Part shown: one piece after another, positions 62,883 through 64,000 of the stretch
Numbering within the stretch: position 1 is the stretch's first letter
Layout: the number at the start of each line of letters is the position of its first letter
Sequence record: NZ_CP028351.1
Length of the DNA: 64,000 bases
Source of the DNA: a plasmid
Reading direction: 5' to 3' (one strand)
The notes under the pieces: generated by a model
Told to the model about the DNA's origin: nothing
The model's database searches: none
The model's input: the letters and a program-made list of their open reading frames with translations, nothing else
Translations under genes and position numbers: made by a program

Positions 62883-63119
62883 GTGATGTCACAGGATGAT
62901 GAGATCTGGCATGCTTTCAGAGAGGCGACAAGACAGGATGATGCCGGTCAGTTTACCGTCAGCACCCGGGATTTTGTGGCGGAGCTGCAACAGCGCAACG
63001 CACCTCATACACTGCGAGCCGCAAATACCTGGATCGAGATGCATATCACTACCTTCAGTGATATTTCTGTTGAGCCTGGTGAGTGTCGGTTGTTTCAGAT
63101 GCCTGCGGCGCGCAGTTAA
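62883..63119 (+). CDS. Hypothetical 78-aa protein
   Basis: The ORF is surrounded by AT-rich non-coding DNA. No family is recognised. Confidence 0.3.
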   Translation: MMSQDDEIWHAFREATRQDDAGQFTVSTRDFVAELQQRNAPHTLRAANTWIEMHITTFSDISVEPGECRLFQMPAARS

Positions 63120-63198
63120 CACGCGCCGCAGAACGGAAATAACACTATAGTGCAGGTATTTCAGCCACGCTGCTCTGGCGGATGCTGACTGAATGGCT

Positions 63199-63528
63199 TC
63201 AGAGCCTGGACGACTGACGACCCATATCTGACCGATCCTGATAGTTAGGATTAGCAGGATAGCTCTTCTCGCAGGCCATGCGTGTCAGGTTGAGCGCAAC
63301 TTTACGCTTTTTAAGCTTTAACTTTGGCAGCCACTCTTTGAACTGCGCCGTCAGCGACGCTGCCTGCTGTTCTGTTGTGACGCGACAGATAAACAGCTTG
63401 CTCTTCGTCTGGCGGCTGACATCAATGGCGTAGATTTCAAAGCCAGCACTGCACTCTTCATATTCAACATCCGTAAACTGCATGTGTGGCCAAAGACCGA
63501 TTCTGGTTTCAAATGTGGCTAAATCCAT
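63199..63528 (-). CDS. Hypothetical 109-aa protein
   Basis: An isolated ORF in an AT-rich flank. No family is recognised. Confidence 0.3.
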   Translation of the reverse strand: MDLATFETRIGLWPHMQFTDVEYEECSAGFEIYAIDVSRQTKSKLFICRVTTEQQAASLTAQFKEWLPKLKLKKRKVALNLTRMACEKSYPANPNYQDRSDMGRQSSRL

Positions 63529-64000
63529 AAGAACTACCTTTTTTATTGTAAGCGTTATTGCTGCGCGACAGACTTAAGCCTGGTCGGGCCAGTTAGCATA
63601 GACCACAATCAGCATTCCGCCAGTGAATTCCCTGATTTAATCTGGCCCTGACACAAATAGCTAAAATCTCAGAGATGTACCGCCCGTGTTGCTCCGGGTA
63701 CATTCATATGTATCAGTTAATCTGATGACACGCCCACATTTCGAATGTTCTTTCCCGATAACGCCTGCTATTCGCATCACTGACATTGCAGGATCTGTTG
63801 CCCTCTCTCATGATGCTAACATGCCTCTTAACAACAATTATCGTCAGCGATCCTGTTGAATTAGCAGGCTAATCATCAGATACCAACGGACAGTATCTGA
63901 AGCCTGATCCTGACCATCGGATTATGTAAGCAGGCAGGCAGATTTTCGTCGGCATGCGTTATTAAAGGGGAAAGATGAAAGGGGATCGATAACTGAGAAC

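Overview
This 64 kb window looks like part of a large enterobacterial plasmid or chromid. The likeliest source is an Erwiniaceae-like (Pantoea or Erwinia) replicon; this is inferred from GC-rich coding DNA, a periplasmic chorismate mutase, budRABC and scrKYABR. Coding density is high on both strands. From left to right it contains:

- a partial ROK-family kinase gene, an Rpn (YhgA-like) nuclease, and a MipA/OmpV outer-membrane protein;
- a two-component system and an RND efflux pair;
- the complete 2,3-butanediol operon budR-budABC;
- a single flagellin gene with a textbook sigma-28 promoter and no other flagellar genes nearby;
- a CitMHS transporter and an MBL-fold hydrolase;
- a cluster of antitoxin genes around a UvrA class-II paralog, in which both partner toxin genes (higB, yoeB) have lost their 5' halves;
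- stress proteins (YsnF-like, PNPOx-like, GNAT);
- a c-di-GMP and chemotaxis island: GAF-PAS-GGDEF-EAL, a 79-aa HTH protein, an MCP, a GAF-degenerate-GGDEF-EAL protein, and a Cache-GGDEF protein;
- a metabolic group: GNAT, SRPBCC, Zn-ADH, secreted chorismate mutase, cytochrome P450;
- the sucrose regulon scrKYABR with three 16-bp palindromic operators;
- a type Ia parAB partition pair;
- a P1/RepFIB-type repA whose origin core (DnaA box, GATC heptamers, five 21-bp iterons) occurs twice in tandem upstream, with about 17 more iterons spread over 1.2 kb downstream;
- a second signalling island with two BLUF-EAL photoreceptor paralogs, a second GAF-degenerate-GGDEF-EAL protein, a second 79-aa HTH paralog, a MerR-family (BluR-like) regulator, Hsp20, CsbD and a DUF3606 protein.

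No CRISPR array, integrase, canonical IS element, rRNA or tRNA is visible. The most notable points are the duplicated HTH/phosphodiesterase modules, the two BLUF-EAL genes, the toxin-deleted antitoxin cluster, the stand-alone flagellin, and the unusual iteron architecture.
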